Positions 1 through 18,698 of a stretch of 64,000 bases of DNA are shown one piece after another. Both the position numbers and the translations under genes were made by a program. The stretch comes from Macrostomum lignano (lineage: Eukaryota), in NCBI GenBank assembly GCA_002269645.1, contig NIVC01002007.1, forward strand, positions 149,687 to 213,686, written 5' to 3'. Position 1 is the first letter of the stretch, and each line of letters begins with the position of its first letter. Below the pieces are notes generated by a model that ran no database searches, was not told where the DNA came from, and saw only the letters and a program-made list of their open reading frames with translations.

Positions 1-440
1 TCAGTCACTCTCAGTCACTCTCAGTCACTCTCAGTCACTCTAAGTCACTTTCAGTCACTCTAAGTCACTCTCAGTCACTCTCAGTCACTCTCAGTCACTT
101 TCAGTCACTCTAAGTCACTCTAAGTCACTCTAAGTCACTATTAAGTCACTCTCAGTCACTCTCAGTCACTCTCAGTCACTTTCAGTCACTCTCAGTCACT
201 TTCAGTCACTCTAAGTCACTCTCAGTCACTCTCAGTCACTCTCAGTCACTTTCAGTCACTCTAAGTCACTCTCAGTCACTCTAAGTCACTATTAAGTCAC
301 TCTCAGTCACTTTCAGTCACTCTCAGTCACTTTCAGTCACTCTAAGTCACTCTCAGTCACTCTAAGTCACTCTAAGTCACTATCAAGTCACTCTCAGTCA
401 CTCTCAGTCACTCTCAGTCTCTTTCAATCACTCAAAGTCA
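1..440. repeat. Tandem array, 10-bp unit TCAGTCACTC (runs off window start)
   Basis: Directly visible periodicity with variants TAAGTCACTC and TCAGTCACTT. Confidence 0.97.
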
Positions 441-954
441 CACTCTGTCACATTGTGTCACACTCTATTAAGTCCGAGAAATGCTTATTGATACCTTTAA
501 TTTTTCTGCCGACCATATCAGACAAATACTACTCGTAGTATTTGTATTTCAGCGGTGCATTTTTATCATTTAATATCCGATAATAAGAGGTCTCAGAAAG
601 TTTTACAATTGCATTTTAGTAAAACCAAGGCTCGTGCTACGATTAATTAAATGAATCAAGCAATTTGACTGAATAAAACAATAAATATACAGAAGCATTC
701 GTTCTCAAGATTTACAGTCAATAAAAATTAATAAAATTGATACGAAGTGAAATATTTGAAATGAAATAAAATTGAAATTGAAATTCAAGCAATGACGCGT
801 TGATAAGAACAACGAAGGTTATCAGGATTATTCAAGCTGAATTATAACAAATTGTGCGTGGATTAAAAATGTAAATCGAGATGAAGTTGCAATTTAATGT
901 AGCCAAAATGACTAATGAATTTTACTATCAAAATTTTATCTGAAATATTTCTAG

Positions 955-1860
955 TCAATGAGGTCACTGAGGTTTATAGGGTCACTGGGGTCATGAGGTC
1001 ACTGAGGTTCATAGGGTCACTAGGGTCATAAGGTCAATGAGGTTCATAGGGTCACTAGGGTCATGAGGTCACTGAGGTTCATAGGGCCACTAGGGTCATA
1101 AGGTCAATGAGGTTCATAGGGTCAATGGGGGCATGAGATCACCGAGGTTAATAAGGTCACTGGGGTCATGAGGTCACTGAGGTTCATAGGGTCCCTGGGT
1201 CATGAGGTCACTGAGGTTCATAGGGTCAATGGGGTCATGAGGTCACAGAGGTTCATAGGGTCAATGGGGTCATGAGGTCACTGAGGTTCATAGGGTCAAT
1301 GGGGTCATGAGGTCACAGAGGTTCATAGGGTCAATGGGGTCATGAGGTCACTGAGGTTCATAGGGTCAATGGGGTCATGAGGTCACAGAGGTTCATAGGG
1401 TCCCTGGGTCATGAGGTCACAGAGGTTCATAGGATCCCTGGGTCATGAGGTCACAGAGGTTCATAGGGTCAATGGGGTCATGAAGTCACTGAGGTTCATA
1501 GGGTCAATGGGGTCATGAGGTCACAGAGGTTCATAGGGTCCCTGGGTCATGAGGTCACAGAGGTTCATAGGATCCCTGGGTCATGAGGTCACAGAGGTTC
1601 ATAGGGTCGATGGGGTCATGAGGTCACCGAGGTTCATAGGGTCAATGGGGTCATGAGGTCACAGAGGTTCATAGGGTCAATGGGGTCATGAAGTCACTGA
1701 GGTTCATAGGGTCCCTGGGGTCATGAGGCCACCGAGGTTCATAGGGTCACTGGGGTCATGAAGTCACTGAGGTTCATAGGGTCCCTGGGTCATGAGGTCA
1801 CTGAGGTTCATAGGGTCAATGGGGTCATGAGGTCACAGATGTTCATAGGGTCCCTGAGGT
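955..1860. repeat. Minisatellite, ~35-bp unit GGGGTCATGAGGTCACTGAGGTTCATAGGGTCAAT
   Basis: CATGAGGTCA recurs at 1201, 1236, 1271 and onward. Confidence 0.95.
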
Positions 1861-2091
1861 CATCAGGCTACTGGGGATCACATAATCATTGGGGTCGATA
1901 TTGGTCACGAGGGTCACGGAGGGTTATGGAGTCCCCGCAATGGGTATCATGGTTTCACTAGGGTTTATGCTCACTGGCGTCACTGAGGACCTCGTCACTG
2001 GGGTCCGAATGGTTAGCTATTATGGTCAGCTCTGAGTCCATGCGGATGCACTCAGTCCACAAATCCACAAACTCCTAGCGGAGCTCCGACC

Positions 2092-5000
2092 TCACGTCCA
2101 CAGCCTCGTGGCCATCGCGGACGCCATCGCCATGGTGGTTGTCCGGACCACCGGCACCGGCCCCACTGTAGTGGAGGCCGTCCCGTTTCCATGGTGACCA
2201 GCTGGCGCGGTCGGCCCTCGCGGCGGCAGCAGCAAGCGGAGGAACAGCGAGCCAATCAGCAGAGCGACAGCCGCCGCCAGGACTGGCAGCTTGGAGCGGA
2301 CGGCGTTTCGCTGCCGCTGGCTGACGGAGGCGCTGAGCTGGTAGGAGGCCATGGCAGAGGCTCCGGCCGGGTGCAGATTCCCGGCGGTGGCGGCACTGGT
2401 GGCAGCGGCGGCGAGCATCAGCGGCTGTCGTTCGTTCAGCAGCTCCATGTCGGTCTCCATCTCAGCATTGGCGTGAGCGTCCAGAGCCTTCTGGCGCCAA
2501 TCCAGGCGCAGCAAGTACAGGGACGGCAGGGCGAAGAAGGTGAAGGAGCCGAGGACAAAGCCGAGCCACAGGCCGCTGAGCTGCCAGCCGGCGGCGAAGG
2601 CCAGACTGACGCCGAGGGGCATGCTGACGATGTAATAAGCGATGAAGTTCATGAACAGCAGGTGCATGTGGTAGCTGCAGGCCCTCAGGGCTGCGATGCT
2701 GGGGTAGGCGGCCAGCTGGAATGCCGTGTAGAAGGACAGGTAGGGCGCCAGGCTGATGTAGATAGCCTCAGCGGCCGGCTCCAGGGAGAAGATCTTCGGC
2801 ACCTGGATGGGATGGCGGGTCGAGGTTAGAGTGGTTAGAGTGACTGGTTAGTGACTAAGGCCAATGATCGAATAAAATAACTGATTAGAGTGACGGTTAG
2901 AGTGACGGTTAGAGTGACGGGTAGAGTGACGGTTAGAGTGACGGGTAGAGTGACGGATAGAGTGACGGTTAGAGTGACGGTTAGAGTGACGGGTAGAGTG
3001 ACGGGTAGAGTGACGGGTAGAGTGACGGGTAGAGTGACGGGTAGAGTGACGGGTAGAGTGACGGTTAGAGTGACGGGTAGAGTGACGGTTAGAGTGACGG
3101 TTAGAATGACGGTTAGAGTGACGGTTAGAGTGACGGTTAAAGTGACGGGTAGAGTGACGGTTAGAGTGACGGTTAGAATGACGGTTAGAGTGACGGGTAG
3201 AGTGACGGGTAGAGTGACGGGTAGAGTGACGGGTAGAGTGACGGGTAGAGTGACGGGTAGAGTGACGGGTAGAGTGACGGGTAGAGTGACGGGTAGAGTG
3301 ACGGGTAGAGTGACGGGTAGAGTGACGGGTAGAGTGACGGGTAGAGTGACGGGTAGAGTGAGGGGTAGAGTGAGGGGTAGAGTGACGGGTAGAGTGACGG
3401 GTAGAGTGAGGGGTAGAGTGAGGGGTAGAGTGACGGGTAGAGTGACGAGTAGAGTGACGGGTAGAGTGACGGGTAGAGTGACGGGTAGAGTGACGGGTAG
3501 AGTGACGGGTAGAGTGACGGGTAGAGTGACGGGTAGAGTGACGGGTAGAGTGACGGGTAGAGTGACGGGTAGAGTGACGGGTAGAGTGACGGGTAGAGTG
3601 ACGGGTAGAGTGACGGGTAGAGTGACGGGTAGAGTGACGGGTAGAGTGACGGGTAGAAAGACGAGTAGAGTGACGGGTAGAGTGACGGGTAGAGTGACGG
3701 GTATAGCCATTCAAATGACAGAAGCAGTGACAGACCTGATGCCTCAGCAGGTAGAACACTGTGCCAACAAAAGCTCCTATGCAGGCCATGAACGTCAGGC
3801 TGGTCGCCACCACCCTAATGGCCTTCTCTGCCTGCTGGCTGCCCAGGTAGAAACCGATCCTGGCGATGAGAGCGCTGCCGATGCCGATGGGGATGAGGTA
3901 GCCCAGCTGGTTCAGCTGGAACACTACCGACTCGGCGGCGATCTCCGCTGCACCCATCAGGCCGGCAAGGAAGTTGCCGTACTCGGTGCCGAAGATCCAC
4001 AGCGTCTGCGTGAGCAGACAGGGCAGCACAGTGAAGAGGAACTTGCCCCAGTCCATAAAGGCCCTGGCTGACCAGCCAGCCCAGGTGTACCGGTGGATGT
4101 TAAGGCACCAGATGAATACAGCCTGTGGATGGGCGCGGAATCAACCATTGGAGTTTTATACGGTTGCCTTTCACTCCGTCTGTCTGTCTCTCTGCTTTCG
4201 TGTCTTGGAGATAGACCCAAGACAGACAGACACCAAGACAGACACCAAGACAGACAGACACCAAGACAGACAGACACCAAGACAGACACCAAGACAGACA
4301 CCAAGACAGACAGACACCAAGACAGACAGACACCAAGACAGACACCAAGACAGACAGACACTAAGACAGACAGACACCAAGACAGACAGACACTAAGACA
4401 GACAGACACCAAGACAGACAGACACCAAGACAGACACCAAGACAGACAGACACTAAGACAGACAGACACCAAGACAGACAGACACCAAGACAGACACCAA
4501 GACAGACAGACACCAAGACAGACAGACACCAAGACAGACAGACACCAAGACAGACAGACACCAAGACAGACAGACACCAACACAGACAGACACCAAGACA
4601 GACAGACACCAAGACAGACAGACATCAACACAGACAGACACTAAGACAGACACCAAGACAGACAGACACCAAGACAGACAGACACCAAGACAGACAGACA
4701 CCAAGACAGACAGACACCAAGACAGACAGACACCAAGACAGACAGACACCAAGACAGACAGACACCAAGACAGACAGACACCAAGACAGACAGACACCAA
4801 GACAGACAGACACCAAGACAGACAGACACCAAGACAGACAGACACCAAGACAGACAGACACCAAGACAGACAGACACCAAGACAGACAGACACCAAGACA
4901 GACAGACACCAAGACAGACAGACAGAGCTGCATCACTCGCCTGCATCAGCGGGCAGATGGCCAGGCTGAAAGACAGCGCAGCGGCGGAGCCAACGATGCC

Positions 5001-6333
5001 GAAACCGCCACGCAGCACCAGCGAGTACTGGAGCAGGATGTTCACCAGCAGTGAGACGCAGCGAATCACCAGGGTTGGCCAGAGGTAGCCAACGGTGTCA
5101 GTGTAGGCGATGAGGGCCTCGCAGAGGTTCATGGCCAGACAGCCGGGCATCAGGATGATGAGGAATTGCTCGGATTTGGCCGAAATTACCGGATCTTGGC
5201 CCAGCAGGATCAACAGGTTGCCAGTGTTCAGTGCCACGGCCCAGTTCACGCAGGTGAACAGAAGGCCTGCAGGTTCGACATTGAGAGAGTGACCGATCAG
5301 AGAGTGACCGATTAGAGAGTGAAATATTAAGAGAGTGACCGATTAGAGAGTGACCGATTAGAGAGTGACCGGTTAGAGAGTGACCGATTAGAGAGTGACC
5401 GATTAGAGAGGGACCGATTAGAGAGGGATCGATTAAGAGAGTGACCGATTAGAGAGTGACCGATTAGAGAGTGACCGATTAGAGAGTGACCGATTAGAGA
5501 GTGACCGATTAGAGAGTGACCGATTAGAGAGTGACCGATTAGAGAGTGACCGATTAGAGAGTGACCGATTAGAGAGTGACCGATTAGAGAGTGACCGATT
5601 AGAGAGGGATCGATTAAGAGAGTGACCGATTAGAGAGTGACCGATTAGAGAGTGACCGATTAGAGAGTGACCGATTAGAGAGTGACCGATTAGAGAGTGA
5701 CCGATTAGAGAGTGACATATTAAGAGAGTGACCGATTAGGAGTGACCGATTAGAGAGTGACCGATTAGAGAGGGACCGAGTAGAGAGTGACCGATTAGAG
5801 AGTGACCGAGTAGAGAGTGACCGATTAGAGAGTGACCGATTAGAGAGTGACCGATTAGAGAGTGACCGATTAGAGAGTGACCAATGAGAGTGATCAATGC
5901 GGCCAGTTTAGCTACTTCTAACCAGTAGCAATGATAGGAAACGAAAAGATAATTGGCAATACAAAAGGAATGTCAATGTGATATTCTACAGTCAGTCAGT
6001 CAGTAAGGAAATTGAAAAAATGCAACCCAATATCTCCTCACCGGCCAGCAGGCCTCGCTGTACAAAATTTCCAACCCGATACTTCTTCGTGCCGCCCATA
6101 GTCTGCGCCAGGAACGGCATGAGACCCCAGCGCACCGAGGTGGCGCAGTTCTCCACGGTCAGCTGGTACACCGAAATCGCCAGCCCGGCAGCGTCCATAT
6201 CGATGGTGCCGAGCGAGCCGCAGAAGGCCAGGGTGGTCGGCATCATCAGGGTGTAGAAAAACTCGGTAGCAGACATTGGGAAGCCGCGGCGCAGGAGCCA
6301 GACGAGCTCGCGGAAACACTCCAGGACAGTCAT
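2092..6333 (-). CDS. SLC47A: MATE (SLC47-like) multidrug/toxin extrusion transporter, 4 exons, ~571 aa
   Basis: Exons 6333-6042, 5266-4941, 4122-3736 and 2802-2092 total 1716 nt and join in frame. MATE-like segments include [90 protein letters not shown] and GLWLGF, plus an extra C-terminal hydrophobic helix ([17 protein letters not shown]) as in animal MATE1. Intron 2 is GC-AG. Confidence 0.92.
2884..3702. repeat. 12-bp minisatellite AGAGTGACGGGT filling MATE intron 3
   Basis: Visible periodicity; source of the spurious PVTL/HSTR/RVTG ORFs. Confidence 0.97.
4212..4924. repeat. 16/12-bp minisatellite GACAGACAGACACCAA filling MATE intron 2
   Basis: Visible periodicity. Confidence 0.96.
5285..5885. 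repeat. 15-bp minisatellite GAGAGTGACCGATTA filling MATE intron 1
   Basis: Visible periodicity. Confidence 0.96.
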
Positions 6334-6956
6334 GGGTGAAGGCTAGAGATGTGCCAGGCGGAATGCAGTTCGGTAGCAGCTATCTTAAACTTATCAGAGC
6401 TCTCTAGTAGCTTTATATACACAGCCCTGAAATTTCACGCGGCACCTTTTTGGCTGGAGAACGTTAAAATTAATTATCGCGTTCTGACAGGCTCAAACTG
6501 GATTGCGCAACTTTATTCAGGCCTATAGCAAGGTGCACGAGAAACTTTACCTATGTGTGCACGAGGGTCGCGCACAATCTCTTTGTATTTTTAGGAAAGT
6601 GTTCACTTTTGGGGTTGGTTGGCGGTTGTCTAATCTGGGCCGGTTTGTAAAGGGGTAATGTGGCGGTTTTCAACTCAATGGAAAGTGAAGGTACGCGTAT
6701 CTAGCTAATTTATGATCTTGCTAGTTATTGCCGCCTGCCTGGAAGTTTCAATAACTTGCGAGACACATTTACCATGCTCTCAGCGTCGTGCCGCGCCTAT
6801 ATTGACCAAATTTTCCACTACAATCTACGTAGTGCATGTAAATGTTGAATATTTGTTTTATCAACAAATTTTGAAAGGCATAAACAAAGTCTGAGGTACA
6901 AATAAACATGCCAACTGTTTTATCGCCTAACATTTAGGTTAGGATTAAGGTTAGGG

Positions 6957-7241
6957 GATTGTAGCCTCAGTGGTTAGAGCGGTTGGACTCACGAGTTGAA
7001 GGTCGGGGGTTCGATTCCTGATGCTACGGGAACAATTTGTGTCCTTGAGCAAGACACTTAACAACTCTCTGCATTGCTTCAGTTCACCCAGCTGTAAAAT
7101 GGGTGCCAGCATTAGCTGGGGTAATTGAAGGTGTGTGTGGCGACCCCCCTTCAGATGCGCCGCGCAATAGCTGCGACTGAGCTGTCGGTTGCACATCTGG
7201 CCCAAATGGGGCTGGTGTAATCAACTATTATTATTATTATT
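6957..7241 (+). mobile_element. tRNA-derived CORE-type SINE
   Basis: A-box-like TAGCCTCAGTGG (6962-6973) and B-box GGTTCGATTCC (7008-7018). The central TGTGTCCTTGAGCAAGACACTTAAC...CTCTCTG...CTTCAGTT...CTGTAAAATGGG (7038-7104) resembles the MIR/CORE consensus as I recall it. Ends in a (TAT)n tail at 7226-7241. Confidence 0.8.
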
Positions 7242-7419
7242 AGGGTTAGGGTCGCGGACCCACTATAAACCCTCTGGAAGAACAAGGAATTAGGTCCCTA
7301 GTCGAGTGTTCTGGGAAAGTTATCTATTGCTGCACCAACCGCAAGCTGAGCTTAAGTTGGCATACTTTTTACGTTTAATTTTTTGCTGCTTTTGAAACAT
7401 TGACTCGATGAACTTAAAT

Positions 7420-8310
7420 AGCCACAAGGCTAGAGGGGAATTCTTTGCTGACCTTGAAGCAACTGGACGACCAACTAGGTGCCAACTTCCAACATAAACC
7501 GCACATCGACACTTCCACTTTGAGTCGAAAACTGGATGGCATACTGTTTAAGCTGAAGCTGGCCCGCGACACCCCTGCTGCACGAAATTCGCCAGCAGTC
7601 ATTGAAGAACGCGCTGAGTATTGTGCATAGTGGTGCTCTGCTGAAGTTTCGACACATGGAATAGGCGAAGTCAAGGCAAGGCAGAGCGCGGGCAGAGGGC
7701 CTACCGCGTCTTTGGCGGACAGCGTGGCCCACCATCTGCCTGGCAATGTCTCCACAGACTTGTGCTCTAACAGAGCTATGTGAGGGAAATGACGAAGGAG
7801 TTTTTTGCGGAATTTCTCCAGATCCCTATTGGGAAAATTCAGATGGCATTCCCCAACCGCCGGATCTTCATCGTATTCGACGGCGTGAGTAGACATAACG
7901 AGGCTGAGCTACAACCCGTTCTCGACGCCAGTCGAGAGCGCGATTTCTTCTTAGAAGGCCGACATCAAGCAGCTGCTGTCGCTGCCTGTCAACCGCCACC
8001 GGTTCATCAACCCCACTGCTGAAGACCGACATGGGCGCACCATTGTGCAATTCTACCAAGAGACAAAAGACGAGTGCGTCGGGGCAAGAATCACAGAGGA
8101 CAAGTGCCTGCAGTGGTACAACCACTGCTTGACTTTTGTACCACAGTGCGTTGCTAGGCAACCGATTAATGGTGAATAATAGAATACGGTAAATATTTTC
8201 CAGAAAATACAATAATCTAATAAATCATTGCAATCGTTTCTGGCTATGCGCTTTGCTTCTTCACGGGCTATTGTTTGCTGGTTATTGCGCGTTCATTTAC
8301 ACCAACACTG
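7420..8310 (+). mobile_element. Degenerate Tc1/IS630-like (DDE) DNA transposon relic
   Basis: Pieces in different frames: LTLKQL...IDTSTLSRKLDGILFKLKL...RNSPAVIEERAEYC, then GQRAYRVFGGQRG, FIVFDGVSRH and ITEDKCLQWYNHCLTFVPQCVARQPI. These are typical of eukaryotic IS630/Tc1-like transposases. Possible right end CACTG|TA at 8306-8312; no left TIR found. Confidence 0.65.
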
Positions 8311-8449
8311 TACTCCAAATTATCTTTTATCTTTTATCTTTTATCAATCCGCACTTCAAAGATAATTTATACACAAGATGGGCCACTCATTAACCACTTT
8401 TGTGGCCATAAAAGCAAATGTAAAAAAATTTGCATCTCGCGACAGCGCA

Positions 8450-8555
8450 AAAATCAACTACTGAACTCAATTTCATCAGTAGTCTATGCAATTCATGAGA
8501 ATTTCTGGTAAAGAATAAGCTACTGAACTCAAATTTATAAGCAACCCATGTCGGC
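8450..8555. repeat. Dispersed repeat, copy 1 (related to 38778-38945)
   Basis: Shares AAAATCAACTACTGAACTCAATTTC, AATTCATGAGAA, TAAGCTACTGAACTCAAA and TGTCGGC with the copy at 38.8 kb. Confidence 0.75.
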
Positions 8556-9049
8556 TTTTTCGCACAAGTGCCGAAAAACAGCGGTCGCGCTTTCCCTATT
8601 ATCTGTACAGACAGACAGACAGATACGATGCCGAAAATGAAAGCCAGTTTGCCGAAATTTAATGCAGTTTTATCGAAATAGAACGCAAAAAGGTGTACCA
8701 CGGGTTGTTGCATAAGTTTTCAGACTGTGTTTAAGCTCTTGTGAACAACAGGAATGTCGAAAGGAGTTGAAATTTTAGCCAGTTCACGAGGCAGCATTGT
8801 TTTGTTGAGTCTAAGGATTTATTTTATTATAGAATATATGGATAGAAAAAATTATTGGATAGTAAGTTGCACATGACTTTGAAATGATTAGAATAAATAG
8901 CGAGAGCAGTTTCAAGGACCTAAAATAGCAAACAATAACCATGTAAATAAGTAAAACAAAAATGTACTTTTCAAAATTAACGTTTGATAACAGTGCAGCT
9001 GACTAACAAAGAACAAACCTCAAATCCTCAAACTTCATATCCCTAAACA

Positions 9050-9320
9050 TCACATTCCCAAACATGACATCCCCAAACATGACATCCCCAAACATCACAT
9101 TCCCAAACATCACATTCCCAAGCATCACATTCCCAAGCATCACATTCCCAAACATCACATTCCCAAACATCACATTCCCAAACATCACATTCCCAAGCAT
9201 CACATTCCCAAACATCACATTCCCAAACATCATCTCTCCAAACATCAGATTCCCAAGCATCACATTCCCATATATCATATTCCCGAACATTACACCCCAA
9301 ACATCACATTCCCAAGTTTC
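9050..9320. repeat. 15-bp minisatellite AACATCACATTCCCA
   Basis: Visible periodicity. Confidence 0.93.
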
Positions 9321-10149
9321 ACATCCCCAAAATGGGGTTTGTGAATTCACACAACTTTTTGTGACATTGAAAGAATTAGAAAAATTCAAAGTTGATTAGG
9401 AGTATCATGATTCGTGAGTATCATGAGATAATCTGGCTTACAAATTCTAAAAAGGCAACAAAGATAGGTACGAGAGTACAGCATTAAAACAATACCAATA
9501 TACAGTTGAATGATTATATCACAATCGTAATCTTGCTAAAAAAACTGACGACACAGTCTAGGGAACGCCGGACGCATGAAAGTGACATATCCTAAAAAAT
9601 AAGTGGGCAGATGGATTCCAAGAAATATGCTTGAAAACCTTCACAACCTTCACCTGGGTCTGCCTGGGTAACCCAAATTTTTGGGTGAATGCCACCCTCC
9701 ATGCCTCCCATGTTCCCCTGAAAGGGTGCCAAGGGTAAGATTACGTATAGACAGGGGTATGCATATATACGAGCATACAGTGACATTAGTCACTCGAATT
9801 TGAGGTTGCCATCATGGAGAGGGAGTCATGACATTAAGACATGTTTAAATAGAGTGAAAAGAGTTTATTTAAATAAAAAAGTAGGACCAATTTGAGCTAG
9901 AATTTACATTCCATAGCGAACAAACAAGCAATAAAATAATTTAGAAAAATATGCAAAGTTTCAGCTTCAGTGACCAAGTATGCAAACAGTGAAAACCGGA
10001 TCAATTTGTTAAATAGAGCAAAAATGTCTAGTGAATGTGTTTAAAAATTGTGTTTAAATAAATTTATTTACAAGAACTGGTTGAAAAGTTTGTAATAGAG
10101 AAGCAACATCCTAGGCTGCTCCAGTTGCAGACTGTCGAGGTCGCAGCTC

Positions 10150-10860
10150 CTACCCAGCATTCCGCAGATGCTACCCTGTGCCAGTGCTGAGACTGTGGAG
10201 GTCCCCAGTTCTTACCCAGCATTCCGCAGATGCTACCCTGTCCCAGTGCTGAGACTGTGGAGGTCCCCAGTTCTTACCCAGCATTCCGTAGATGCTACCC
10301 TGTCCCAGTGCTGAGACTGTGGAGGTCCCAGTTCTTACCCAGCATTCCGCAGATGCTACCCTGTCCCAGTGCTGAGACTGTGGAGGTCCCCAGTTCTTAC
10401 CCAGCATTCTGTAGATGCTACCCTGTGCCAGTGCTGAGACTGTGGAGGTCCCAGTTCTTACCCAGCATTCCGTAGATGCTACCCTGTCCCAGTGCTGAGA
10501 CTGTGGAGGTCCCCAGTTCTTACCCAGCATTCCGCAGATGCTACCCTGTCCCAGTGCTGAGACTGTGGAGGTCCCCAGTTCTTACCCAGCATTCCGTAGA
10601 TGCTACCCTGTCCCAGTGCTGAGACTGTGGAGGTCCCCAGTTCTTACCCAGCATTCCGTAGATGTCCCATCTACCCTGTCCCAGTGCTGAGACTGTGGAG
10701 GTCCCCAGTTCTTACCCAGCATTCCGTAGATGTCCCATCTACCCTGTCCCAGTGCTGAGACTGTGGAGGTCCCCAGTTCTTACCCAGCATTCCGTAGATG
10801 TCCCATCTACCCTGTCCCAGTGCTGAGACTGTGGAGGTCCCCAGTTCTTACCCAGCATTC
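10150..10860. repeat. ~62-bp minisatellite CCCAGCATTCCGTAGATGCTACCCTGTCCCAGTGCTGAGACTGTGGAGGTCCCCAGTTCTTA
   Basis: Unit start recurs at ~10153, 10215, 10277 and onward, with no unique spacers. Confidence 0.95.
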
Positions 10861-10913
10861 CTATAGCCTGCCTGTCTCAGCTCACCTTGCTTGTAAATTC
10901 AATGCTAGACGCT

Positions 10914-18698
<7,785 letters not shown>

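Noticed and set aside
2835-4071. Long ORFs with PVTL/HSTR/RVTG repeats, and similar ORFs at 4.0-4.9, 11.9-12.9, 33-34, 46-52 and 55-56 kb
   Set aside because: They are translations of stop-free tandem repeats, mostly inside introns or intergenic DNA, and are open in several frames at once.
6957-7030. Functional tRNA gene
   Set aside because: The acceptor stem does not close, and the sequence continues into a CORE-like domain and simple-repeat tail, so it is a SINE head.
10150-10860. CRISPR-like appearance of the 62-bp array (also the 35.6 kb and 57.2 kb arrays)
   Set aside because: No unique spacers, no cas genes, and a eukaryotic context.
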